Positions 55,997 through 64,000 of a stretch of DNA of 64,000 nt are shown in pieces. Origin of the DNA: a virus (Duplodnaviria > Caudoviricetes). Every line of letters starts with the position of its first letter. Position 1 is the stretch's first letter. A program made the translations under genes and the position numbers. Under the pieces are notes generated by a model, which saw only the letters and a list, made by a program, of their open reading frames with translations, did not search any database and was not told the origin of the DNA. The stretch spans positions 96,001 to 160,000 of the IMG/VR virus record IMGVR_UViG_3300038300_000071. One strand, written 5' to 3'.

Positions 55997-57567
55997 GCAA
56001 TGCAGATGAAATACAAAGATCGTATTTGAATCTTCTACTTACGCAGCCGTATGTGGCGAGATCTCACTATAATACAACTAATCCAGAATGGATGACGTGC
56101 GATGAAAGAAAGTTTTTATTTGAGTTAGGACTCAGTACGTTTAAAAAAAATAAGAGCATATTGGATGACAATCTTGTTAAAGATGCTATTATAAATAAGA
56201 TATCCAAAGGCGATCAGAAATATTATCTTGCTGAGTGGTCGTCGGTAAAGAAAACAGTTGTTTCTGCCAATGCAGATGCGTTGAAAGATCTTTTGAAGAG
56301 GGATCTTTTAAAAGAGCAGGGCGTAGAGATAGTTAATGAAGTGTTCGAGCTCATTGAGAAGGACAACGTAGAAGAAGCAATATTATTCCTTAAGAAGAAA
56401 GCAATGAGTGTTGGCAGTGTTGTTGAGCAAAAAGCCACGTCTGAGTTTGAGGAATATGTTCCGCGAGATGAAGTTATTACCGACAAGAAGGAGAATCCTC
56501 AAAAGTATTTAGGGCTTGCGACTGGATTTAAAAAATTTGACAAGTTGGTGGGCGGTTTCTTTGCAAATGAAAAAAGTTTATTCGCCGCTGTGACGGGTAC
56601 TGGTAAGTCAACTATCCTCAAGGCAATGGGTGCGGGCGTCATAAAGAATAATTACAAAAAGAATGTATTGCATGTAACAAACGAAGAGAGTAAAGAGCAG
56701 GTTGAGATGAAATACGATGCCTTGTTTAGTGGAATTCCATATAATGATTTCAAAAGAGCGTCAATCTCTGATTCAGATCGTATAAAATGGAAGAAAGATC
56801 TGGAAGAAATGAAAGCCAATCTTGCTCTCGGAAAGTTGTATATAAAGGAAATTCCTGCTTACTGCAATGCATTGGAAATTGAGAATGCTTACAGAGAGCT
56901 TGAGCAGAAAGGAATTAAGATTGATATGATTGTTCTCGACTATTTGGATAGAATGAAGCCAATAGAGCAGTCATGGTCTGAATATGATGAGTCTTCAAAA
57001 AGTGCCGCTGATATAAAAGAATTGACAAGAATTTTGAATATTCCAATTATAACTGCAACTCAGGGAGCAACCGTTCTTGAGGAAAAGCAGAATAAGGGAA
57101 AGCAAGCGGGAAACTTGGATGTTTATGGAGGCAAAGGAAAGGTTCACCACTCTAATACGTTAACATTTGTAACAAGAGATGGAAGAGATCATTCTCAAAC
57201 TGACAGGGAGGAGTGGCAGAGGGATTGGTTTTGGAATGTAAGTATTTGCAAGAACCGAGACGGGCCAGCGTTTTCATTTAGATGTCGGCAGATAGTTCAA
57301 ACTGGTCAAGTTGTTGAAGAGTATGAAGCTGTTCCGGGTGCGACAGATCCATCAATCAAAGGTGGGGGGTTGGAAGCCGCAGAAGAGGCAAAGGAGATGT
57401 TAAATATGTGTGAAGATGTGGATGAAGAAAAGTCTGGCGGTGTTTCTGAAGAAGTTGTTGAGGAAGAGAGAAAAGAAGCTGAAGATTTTAAAAATGCTAC
57501 AAGAAAAATGGACGAGCGCAAAAAGAACAGCAATAAGAAAAAGATTAAGTATAATAGAAAAAAATAG
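55993..57567 (+). CDS. dnaB: DnaB-like replicative helicase
   Basis: TGF..FD...GG, TGTGKS, TNEES, LDYLD, TATQ and KNRDG. Confidence 0.88.
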   Translation: MSNADEIQRSYLNLLLTQPYVARSHYNTTNPEWMTCDERKFLFELGLSTFKKNKSILDDNLVKDAIINKISKGDQKYYLAEWSSVKKTVVSANADALKDLLKRDLLKEQGVEIVNEVFELIEKDNVEEAILFLKKKAMSVGSVVEQKATSEFEEYVPRDEVITDKKENPQKYLGLATGFKKFDKLVGGFFANEKSLFAAVTGTGKSTILKAMGAGVIKNNYKKNVLHVTNEESKEQVEMKYDALFSGIPYNDFKRASISDSDRIKWKKDLEEMKANLALGKLYIKEIPAYCNALEIENAYRELEQKGIKIDMIVLDYLDRMKPIEQSWSEYDESSKSAADIKELTRILNIPIITATQGATVLEEKQNKGKQAGNLDVYGGKGKVHHSNTLTFVTRDGRDHSQTDREEWQRDWFWNVSICKNRDGPAFSFRCRQIVQTGQVVEEYEAVPGATDPSIKGGGLEAAEEAKEMLNMCEDVDEEKSGGVSEEVVEEERKEAEDFKNATRKMDERKKNSNKKKIKYNRKK

Positions 57568-57574
57568 TTGAATT

Positions 57575-57607
57575 GACTTGGCAAGTCGGATGGAAAGATG
57601 ATAAAAT
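57575..57607 (+). promoter_or_regulatory. Sigma70-like promoter with a palindrome over the -35 box
   Basis: TTGGCA-18nt-TAAAAT with extended TG; GACTTG-G-CAAGTC inverted repeat at 57575-57587. Confidence 0.45.
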
Positions 57608-57667
57608 GGATGTATTATAAGTAAAAACTTTACGTAAATCTGTAAAGACAAAATTAAAGGTGTAGTT

Positions 57668-58645
57668 ATGTCAAATGCAACAAAGAAAAAAATAGAGCAT
57701 CAGTTTATTAAGCATGTTGGTGTTGGAGACACTGTAACGGGTGTTTATTATGTAGAAAGAGTAGATATAAAGCTTGCAAAAAATGGAACGAGGTATTCTG
57801 ATTTTCTTTTGAGGGATAAATCGGGATCTGCATTTGCCAGATATTGGGGAGTTTCAAATGATGTTGAGAAAAAGTCTTTCGTTGATATCGCCGCCAATAC
57901 TGAAGAATATCTTGATAAGCCTCAAATAGTGATTCAAAGAATAGATCCAGAAGAGATGCCTGAGGATATGGAAGATTACATTCCTAAGTCAGAAACATCA
58001 AATCAAGATGCGGATACTTTCGATGAGTTTCTTGATTTAGTGGGTAATTTGTGCGAAGAATCTGGAAATAATACTCCGATATTAATTGTTCAGGAAATAT
58101 TTAACAAGGCTAGTTTTTTTAATAAGTTTATTACATCTCCAAGCAGTGGAAGGCCTCATTATGGAAGAGAAGGGGGTTTGTTGAAGCAGACTGCCAATGT
58201 TGCAAAGATGGCAAAGGTAATTGCTGCAAATTACAGCTTGGATAGTAATGAAAAGGCTATTCTGCTTGCATCTGCAATGATGCATAAGATCGGATCAGTT
58301 GATGCATATGAATTTGAGAACTTAATTCCTACAGAAACTGTAAAAGGGGCATTGTCTGGAGTAAAGATATTGACGACAAACAGAGTTTTTGCTGCTTGGA
58401 AGATGCTTGCTAAGAAGAAAAAGGATGTTGATGAGGAAACATTTGACAGAATTCAGCATTCTCTGTCAACTTGCTTTGATTCATATTCGAGCAAGCCTAT
58501 GACGAAAGAAGCTATAGTGTTGTCTGAGGCTTATAGGGCGGATTCTACAATAGTAGAGTCATTTGATTTCATTGCAGATGATGAAAGTACGGATGATTTC
58601 ACAGCATATGATTCTTTGAGAAGACGCAGATACTTCAGGGGTTAA
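57668..58645 (+). CDS. YhaM/Cbf1-like OB-fold + HD protein with degenerate metal ligands
   Basis: AKNG..Y....L.DKSG...ARYW OB fold; PHYGREGGLLKQ and MMHKIG in place of HH..GL..H and HD.GK. Confidence 0.75.
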   Translation: MSNATKKKIEHQFIKHVGVGDTVTGVYYVERVDIKLAKNGTRYSDFLLRDKSGSAFARYWGVSNDVEKKSFVDIAANTEEYLDKPQIVIQRIDPEEMPEDMEDYIPKSETSNQDADTFDEFLDLVGNLCEESGNNTPILIVQEIFNKASFFNKFITSPSSGRPHYGREGGLLKQTANVAKMAKVIAANYSLDSNEKAILLASAMMHKIGSVDAYEFENLIPTETVKGALSGVKILTTNRVFAAWKMLAKKKKDVDEETFDRIQHSLSTCFDSYSSKPMTKEAIVLSEAYRADSTIVESFDFIADDESTDDFTAYDSLRRRRYFRG

Positions 58646-58646
58646 G

Positions 58647-59726
58647 TTGAAAAAATTATACAAAGATAGAAAGAGAGACGGTGACGAAGACTACTCTGAT
58701 ATTTCTTGGTTGATGCCAAACATTGACATAATAGAAGTGTTGGAGCGTCTTGGCGTTCGTGTTGATCATGTAAAGGGGGATCAAGTCGTTGGCTATTGTC
58801 CTGATCACTTTCACTATCTTAAAAAAAATCCTTCTCATCCTTATTGGCATGTGAATAAAAAAACAGGAGAAACATTTTGCCATACGGAGGGCAGAGGAAG
58901 CAATCTTGTTTATATAGTAGCAAGGCTGAGAAAGTGCGAAACTAAAGATGCTGTAAGGTGGATAATGGGAAGAAGCATTGACCGCCTTCAGTTGAAGCAG
59001 ATGAAGCTTAGAATGAAGATAGCATCGGGAAACGAAGATGAAAAAGGAGAGTCAATAATTAAATTGGATGACATTAGAAAGGATTTAGATAATCCTATAG
59101 TGTTGCAGAGTGGTTATGACTATTTTATGAATCCACCCGGAAAGGCCCCAACAAATATAACAAAAGAAACTGTAGATCGTTATAAGATTTTTCAAAGAAC
59201 ATGGGGATTCTATATAAACAGAGTAATACTCCCATGTTTTTTGAAAGGAGAGCTGAAAGGATTTTGCGCGATAGATGTCAAAGGCATAGATTATTGGAAG
59301 AGGAGAAATCCAAGCAAAGATCCTAAGAGCTATAGGAAGGTTTTATACCCAAAAGGGTTTAAATCTGGGAAACTATTGTTTGGATATGACGATGTTGAGG
59401 ATAGAGCGGATGTTCTTGTGATCTGTGAAGGAGCAAGAGAAGTTATGAAGCTAACTCAAGAAGGAATTAAAAATGTTGTTTCTTTGTTTGGAACGTATTT
59501 AAGTGATGATCATTTCACTATGATATTTGATAAGTCTCCAAAGAAAATAGTAATAATGTTAGATGGCGATGAAGCAGGTCAAAGGGCTTCCGAAAAGATA
59601 GCTAAAGTAATGAGTAAGCATCAAGAAGTGTATGTGACTAAATTACCTGAGCACTTAGATCCAAAAAACTTAGATCGTGAGGAGTTGAAAAGTTATATAG
59701 ATGATGCTAAATTATTTGATAATTAG
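58647..59726 (+). CDS. DnaG-type primase (zinc-binding domain + TOPRIM)
   Basis: CPDH...CHTE zinc domain; RVILP, ICEG and LDGDEAG TOPRIM; LPEHLDP; TTG start uncertain. Confidence 0.85.
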   Translation: MKKLYKDRKRDGDEDYSDISWLMPNIDIIEVLERLGVRVDHVKGDQVVGYCPDHFHYLKKNPSHPYWHVNKKTGETFCHTEGRGSNLVYIVARLRKCETKDAVRWIMGRSIDRLQLKQMKLRMKIASGNEDEKGESIIKLDDIRKDLDNPIVLQSGYDYFMNPPGKAPTNITKETVDRYKIFQRTWGFYINRVILPCFLKGELKGFCAIDVKGIDYWKRRNPSKDPKSYRKVLYPKGFKSGKLLFGYDDVEDRADVLVICEGAREVMKLTQEGIKNVVSLFGTYLSDDHFTMIFDKSPKKIVIMLDGDEAGQRASEKIAKVMSKHQEVYVTKLPEHLDPKNLDREELKSYIDDAKLFDN

Positions 59727-59789
59727 GAATTATGGTAGTAGATTTATACTGCAAATAGGCGAAAACTAAAGGCATAAAATAGGCGATAT

Positions 59790-60530
59790 ATGGAAAAAAT
59801 GATTAGAATCCCAGTGATGGTAGTCCGTAAACCCATCAGCAAAAGATCACCAGTAAGAAAGGATCTAAACTTCTTAGCTACAGCTGTGGCTGATGATGTG
59901 TACAGTGGGAACAAAAAGTATAAAAAGTTGAAGTTTGATGGACAAACGGCATTGTATGATGGGATTATCAAGCTAGTGTATAAGAATGCATTCTCGTATG
60001 CAAATCACAGGTCTGATTTCGATGATCTAACTCAGAGTTGTTTGACAAGAATATGGGAAAAGTTATATTCGTTTGACATGACTAAAGCATCGTTTTCAAC
60101 GTGGGCTTGGAAGGTGTGTAAGAATGTTTTAAATGGTGATTATTTAAAAAAGAAGAAAATATATGACCCATTAGATGGAAATGGGGAAGAAAGGTATAAC
60201 ACGATAGAAGGAAAAGATGCAAATGAACACCTGTCGGATGCTATTAAACATGTCGTAAAAGATATTCATTCTAAATTTCCTAAGCATAGTATTATAATTG
60301 ATGCTATGTTCGGAGGTGGTGGAGTGGGTAGTTATAATCTTCCAGATAGATTTTGTATTGCAGAGATATCTAGAAGAGCAAATAGTATTAAAAGGAAAAA
60401 ACTTGAAATGAATGAAGATGAATGGGAGAGCTACATTGTGGAGAACCCAAAAGAAGAGATTCATTATATGAATTGTTACATCTTCCATAGAGAGCACGTA
60501 TTACCAATATTTAAAAAACACTTCAAGTAG
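59790..60530 (+). CDS. Phage sigma70-family factor (region 2 recognisable)
   Basis: DFDDLTQ....RIWEKL..FD..KASFSTW...V..N. Confidence 0.7.
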   Translation: MEKMIRIPVMVVRKPISKRSPVRKDLNFLATAVADDVYSGNKKYKKLKFDGQTALYDGIIKLVYKNAFSYANHRSDFDDLTQSCLTRIWEKLYSFDMTKASFSTWAWKVCKNVLNGDYLKKKKIYDPLDGNGEERYNTIEGKDANEHLSDAIKHVVKDIHSKFPKHSIIIDAMFGGGGVGSYNLPDRFCIAEISRRANSIKRKKLEMNEDEWESYIVENPKEEIHYMNCYIFHREHVLPIFKKHFK

Positions 60531-60540
60531 GAAGGACATT

Positions 60541-61221
60541 ATGAACAATAATAAAGAATTAAAGAAAGCAATTGACAGCATACAACCGGGTAGTTGCTTT
60601 GGCCACTATGAAAATTCTGCAAGAGAATGCAAATCATGTTTTGTTGTAGAACAGTGTAGTAAAAATACTGCAGGTAAAAAGCTTGCAGCTGAATCGGAAG
60701 TTCCGACGAAGGTTAAAAAGAAAACAACTACTTCTGTAAAGAAAAAGTATGTCAAAAGAAAAGAAGATATAAAGTCTGCTGAGGAAAAGTCTAAGCTTGC
60801 CGAGGTTAAGGTTTCTAAAGAAGAGTCTCCTAAAGAGTCTAAAGCTCCTAAAGAGCCTATCGCCTTTAAAGACGAGGTTCCTAAAGCGCCTAAAGACGAG
60901 GCTTCTAAAGCGCCTAAAGATGCGATTAGCGTTGTTGATGGCATTTGTTTCGAAGAGGGGGTTAATGCCGAGAAGACAGGGGCTGCGCTTGTGGACTTGC
61001 TTGTATCTGGTGTAAGTAAATCCATTCCGATAAGCGGATACTTTAGCAATTCTAAAAGTGTATTCTATCTGTTTGATGGGAAAGAAATGGTCATAACCTA
61101 CATGAAAGCCAATGGAAAATTACAAATCTCCAAGAATGGAGAAAGGAAAGTATATTCATTGCAAAGTGAGGCAGATGCAAATTCCCTCAAGAAGGCAATG
61201 TTGGTAGGTTATGGAAACTAG
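60541..61221 (+). CDS. Hypothetical protein with N-terminal Cys4 motif and PK-rich linker
   Basis: SCFG......ECKSC....QC; KAPKD(E) repeats. Confidence 0.7.
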   Translation: MNNNKELKKAIDSIQPGSCFGHYENSARECKSCFVVEQCSKNTAGKKLAAESEVPTKVKKKTTTSVKKKYVKRKEDIKSAEEKSKLAEVKVSKEESPKESKAPKEPIAFKDEVPKAPKDEASKAPKDAISVVDGICFEEGVNAEKTGAALVDLLVSGVSKSIPISGYFSNSKSVFYLFDGKEMVITYMKANGKLQISKNGERKVYSLQSEADANSLKKAMLVGYGN

Positions 61222-62143
61222 TGCTTTTAAGCATTTCCAGTTGCCATTCGAACGTTTCAATAAAGCACAGGAAGCTGTTGTTCCATTCTTAGATAAGGAT
61301 GTGAATCTGATAATAGCTTTCAACACTTCTGTCGGCAAGACTGCGCTGGCAGAGTGTGCTTTTGGCTATCATTTGAAAAGAAACAATGGTACAAAGGTAA
61401 TCTACACGTCTCCCTATAAAAGTATATCAGAGGAGAAATATGCTTCTTGGAGTAAAAACACACAGTTTGGTAAAAAGTATAAATTCAAACTGGATACTAG
61501 TGATTATTCGTCTACTATAGAAGATTTCGAAAAAAGTAGAATAATGATAATGACAACTGAATCTTTGGATGCGAAAACACGAAGTAAGTCTCATTGGAAT
61601 TGGTTGAGGGAGGTAGAGTGCATTGTAATCGACGAAGCACACATGTTGGGCATAGAAAGGCGTGGAAGTAAACTAGAGGCCTTCATGATGCGTATAACGA
61701 AGATAAATCCATCAATAAGGATAATACTTTTGTCAGCAACAATGACTAATTCGTTGGAAATGGCAAAATGGGTTAAACATTTGAATGGCAAAGATACAAA
61801 ACACATTAAGAGTAGTTGGCGTCCGTGCGTTATGGATGTGAGCTATCATGCCTTTGATTATTGTGATGGGTATAGCCGTGAGGATAAGAAGATAAGCATG
61901 GTATTTGAGTTGATTAAAGATTATCAGGATGAAAAATTGGTTATCTTTGTTCATTCTAAGGTTACGGGAAGCAATATAATAAAAAAGATAGTAGCTTCCA
62001 AACTTCAAATAAGATGTGCCTTTCATAATGGATCTCTGTCAAAAAGCAAGAAAAAAGAGATAGAGGAAAAGTTCAAAGATCCTAATTCGGGATTAAATGT
62101 TCTCGTAAGTACATCTACTCTTTCAGCTGGGGTTAATTTGTAA
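61211..62143 (+). CDS. Ski2/Hel308-like SF2 helicase, N-terminal part (motifs I-V)
   Basis: FNKAQ (Q motif), TSVGKT, DEAH, LSAT, IFVHS, FHNG and STLSAGVNL then stop. Confidence 0.85.
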   Translation: METSAFKHFQLPFERFNKAQEAVVPFLDKDVNLIIAFNTSVGKTALAECAFGYHLKRNNGTKVIYTSPYKSISEEKYASWSKNTQFGKKYKFKLDTSDYSSTIEDFEKSRIMIMTTESLDAKTRSKSHWNWLREVECIVIDEAHMLGIERRGSKLEAFMMRITKINPSIRIILLSATMTNSLEMAKWVKHLNGKDTKHIKSSWRPCVMDVSYHAFDYCDGYSREDKKISMVFELIKDYQDEKLVIFVHSKVTGSNIIKKIVASKLQIRCAFHNGSLSKSKKKEIEEKFKDPNSGLNVLVSTSTLSAGVNL

Positions 62144-62144
62144 A

Positions 62145-63146
62145 ATGTCAAATAGAATTATAATTACAGATATTATGCGCGGAGGTAAAGAGGTTCCTGT
62201 CTCAGAAATAAAGCAGATGATTGGAAGAGGCGGGAGAAATCAAAACGAAGAAGTTGCATATGCAGATATAGTGTTGGAAAATGATAGTATTGAGTATATA
62301 AAGGAGAAGATAGATTCGGATAAGGATTTGTTGGTAAATTCTCAAATAAATACGATTGATGAGCTTTCATTTCATATAGTTGCAGATATTGAAAATGGTT
62401 TTATTAGAAACGTCAAAGATGTAGAAGAATGGTATTCGAGGAGCTTTAGTTGCTTTCAGGGTGAAAAGTTAAATTTGAATCATTTGTTGGATTTTCTAGT
62501 GGGAATAGGAGCTATAAAATTAAATGGTAATAAAATTGCAAACACTAATTTGGGAAGAATAGCTGCTAAGTTTTATTTTACTCCTAATGTCGTTTATAGT
62601 TGGAAGAAAAACTTCACGCTGCTGTTTGAGCAAGGAAGGCAGTTCGATGATATTTCAACGGTATGGGCTATGGCAGATGTCCCTGTTCAAAAGTCATGGT
62701 ATAATGTTAAGAATGATCTAGGAATAATATCTGATTTTAAGTCAAGCGTTGATGCTGCTGGTTTTGAGTGGAAGTATTCAAACAACGTAAGTGCTTTTCC
62801 ATATTGGACTTTAATAGGAGGCCCAAGGATAAAACCTGCAGGGGGAGTAACGGGAGATCTTAAAAAGAACTATGGACGAATGCACCAAGCATTAATGCAT
62901 TTAGATAAATACTGCGCTAAATGGGGAATGGCTGATTTCTTTGAAGAGTTAAATCTTAGAGTTAAATATCAAGCAAGTGCAGAGTTAGTAAATTTGTGTA
63001 AAATTGAAGGAATAGGAAAAAAATTAGCGGAATGGCTATATAGTATTGACATACATGACATTGATGATATTAGAGAAAATGCGGACAGTATTATTATGAT
63101 GAGCGACTATGAACTTAAAGATTTAATAGAGAAGATAGTAAAATGA
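62145..63146 (+). CDS. Ski2/Hel308-like helicase, C-terminal part (motif VI, winged helix, ratchet, HhH)
   Basis: QMIGRGGR, T.LGRIAAKFY and ELVNLCKIEGIGKKLAEWLY. Confidence 0.85.
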   Translation: MSNRIIITDIMRGGKEVPVSEIKQMIGRGGRNQNEEVAYADIVLENDSIEYIKEKIDSDKDLLVNSQINTIDELSFHIVADIENGFIRNVKDVEEWYSRSFSCFQGEKLNLNHLLDFLVGIGAIKLNGNKIANTNLGRIAAKFYFTPNVVYSWKKNFTLLFEQGRQFDDISTVWAMADVPVQKSWYNVKNDLGIISDFKSSVDAAGFEWKYSNNVSAFPYWTLIGGPRIKPAGGVTGDLKKNYGRMHQALMHLDKYCAKWGMADFFEELNLRVKYQASAELVNLCKIEGIGKKLAEWLYSIDIHDIDDIRENADSIIMMSDYELKDLIEKIVK

Positions 63147-63598
63147 GTTATCCAGAAAGGGCTGTAAAATCATGTGTAGGATCTATGAAGCTGGGTATGA
63201 TTTCCCTTAGACATGTTAAAAATGTTTTAAATTGCAGGAGTGTTGATGTTTCGGCTATAGAGCAGTTTCTAGATGATAAGAATGATTTTATTAGAAAGTA
63301 TGCAGTTGAAATAATAGGTCAAAAGGGAAATGCATCCCTTTTGGTAGATATGGCTTTAAAAGAGAAGGACAAGCAGGTCTTGTCTGCAATAATGACCCAG
63401 TTGTCAAGAAGCAAAGAAGCATTGGAAGGAGTGGTGGTTTTATTGGATTCGGAAGATTCCTACATAAAATCCAGTGCAATTGATATGTTTAGAAGAGCTA
63501 ACAGGTCGGATTGTTTGTTTCCATTGCTGTTTGGTGATGATGAAGAGTTAATTGAAAGAATAAAAAAATACATTGAGGAAGATGATGGGAGAAATTGA
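63143..63598 (+). CDS. HEAT-repeat protein
   Basis: LDDKNDFIRKYAVEIIG and LLDSEDSYIKSSAID. Confidence 0.7.
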   Translation: MSYPERAVKSCVGSMKLGMISLRHVKNVLNCRSVDVSAIEQFLDDKNDFIRKYAVEIIGQKGNASLLVDMALKEKDKQVLSAIMTQLSRSKEALEGVVVLLDSEDSYIKSSAIDMFRRANRSDCLFPLLFGDDEELIERIKKYIEEDDGRN

Positions 63599-64000
63599 AA
63601 GGATTCCAGTACCTAAGGATAGATACTTAATGTTTAAGATGAGATTAGTCCAAGATGCAGAGCTGCTTAGGGTTTGTGATGACCCCAATATAGCAAACTG
63701 CATAGACCTTCTTGTGAAGGCGGTAGATCGTCATGTAAACGATGCAGTTACGGGAATAGGAAAGAGTAGATTTAAAAGAAAGAGTACGGAGGATAGAGCT
63801 CAGTTTATATCTTTATTTAAGACTAAGTATTATCAGTATTACGATGTCGAATATAGCGTAAAGATTACTGGAACGGATATGAAAATGATAGGAAACCTTT
63901 CAGGAAAGTTGAAAGGGATAGATTCTTCATTCGAGGAGTATGTAACATGGTGGTTTGATGATTTTTTGCCAAACAACAAAAATATAAAGCCACCATGTAT
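63585..64000 (+). CDS. Hypothetical protein (partial, runs off the window)
   Basis: GAGGA then ATG 63585; open frame MGEIERIPVPKDRY... to the end of the window. Confidence 0.7.
   Translation, partial: MGEIERIPVPKDRYLMFKMRLVQDAELLRVCDDPNIANCIDLLVKAVDRHVNDAVTGIGKSRFKRKSTEDRAQFISLFKTKYYQYYDVEYSVKITGTDMKMIGNLSGKLKGIDSSFEEYVTWWFDDFLPNNKNIKPPC

Larger units (their letters stand above)
1..64000 (+). mobile_element. Segment of a large tailed bacteriophage genome (head, tail and replication modules)
   Basis: TerL, portal, prohead protease, MCP, tape measure, DnaB, primase and sigma factor in one co-oriented block; SD sites (AGGAG/GGAG); no host housekeeping genes. Confidence 0.95.

Noticed and set aside
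1-64000. Stop-codon reassignment as seen in some large phages
   Set aside because: TAA, TAG and TGA all end genes that abut the next start; coding density is already high under code 11

Overview
The whole window is a dense, AT-rich, purine-skewed block of about 60 genes, all on the + strand. It comes from a large tailed bacteriophage (Caudoviricetes) using genetic code 11. Gene order: (1) a regulatory pair, a NusG paralogue plus a tandem sigma4-like HTH protein; (2) a packaging/head module with TerS?, TerL, portal, zinc-ribbon prohead protease, two scaffold-like proteins, a decoration protein and an HK97-fold capsid protein; portal, protease and capsid resemble, from memory, the Bxz1/cluster-C mycobacteriophage type; (3) neck and tail genes with three tube-like paralogues, three chaperone-like paralogues, a 1981-aa tape measure, hub and fibres, but no recognisable sheath; (4) a sulfotransferase/glycosyltransferase block; (5) a replication block with SNF2, DnaB, a degenerate YhaM-like OB-HD protein, primase, a sigma factor and a split Hel308/Ski2-like helicase. 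The most unusual items are: a topoisomerase IB core with an intact catalytic pentad fused to an SprT/Wss1-like metalloprotease between TerL and portal; a 2129-aa SPKK/TPKK-rich polyprotein whose globular modules (ParB-like, GNAT and others) are separated by a linker conserved at the DNA level; a shared N-terminal helix and K/R-x-A/S motifs suggesting a head-targeting and processing code; a duplicated structured 74-bp element with a candidate late promoter inside a terminator hairpin, possibly linked to the phage NusG; and twin variable tail-tip genes sharing a 54-bp identical 5' anchor. No tRNA, rRNA, CRISPR array, integrase or lysis cassette was recognised. All family calls are motif-based by eye; no database search was run.
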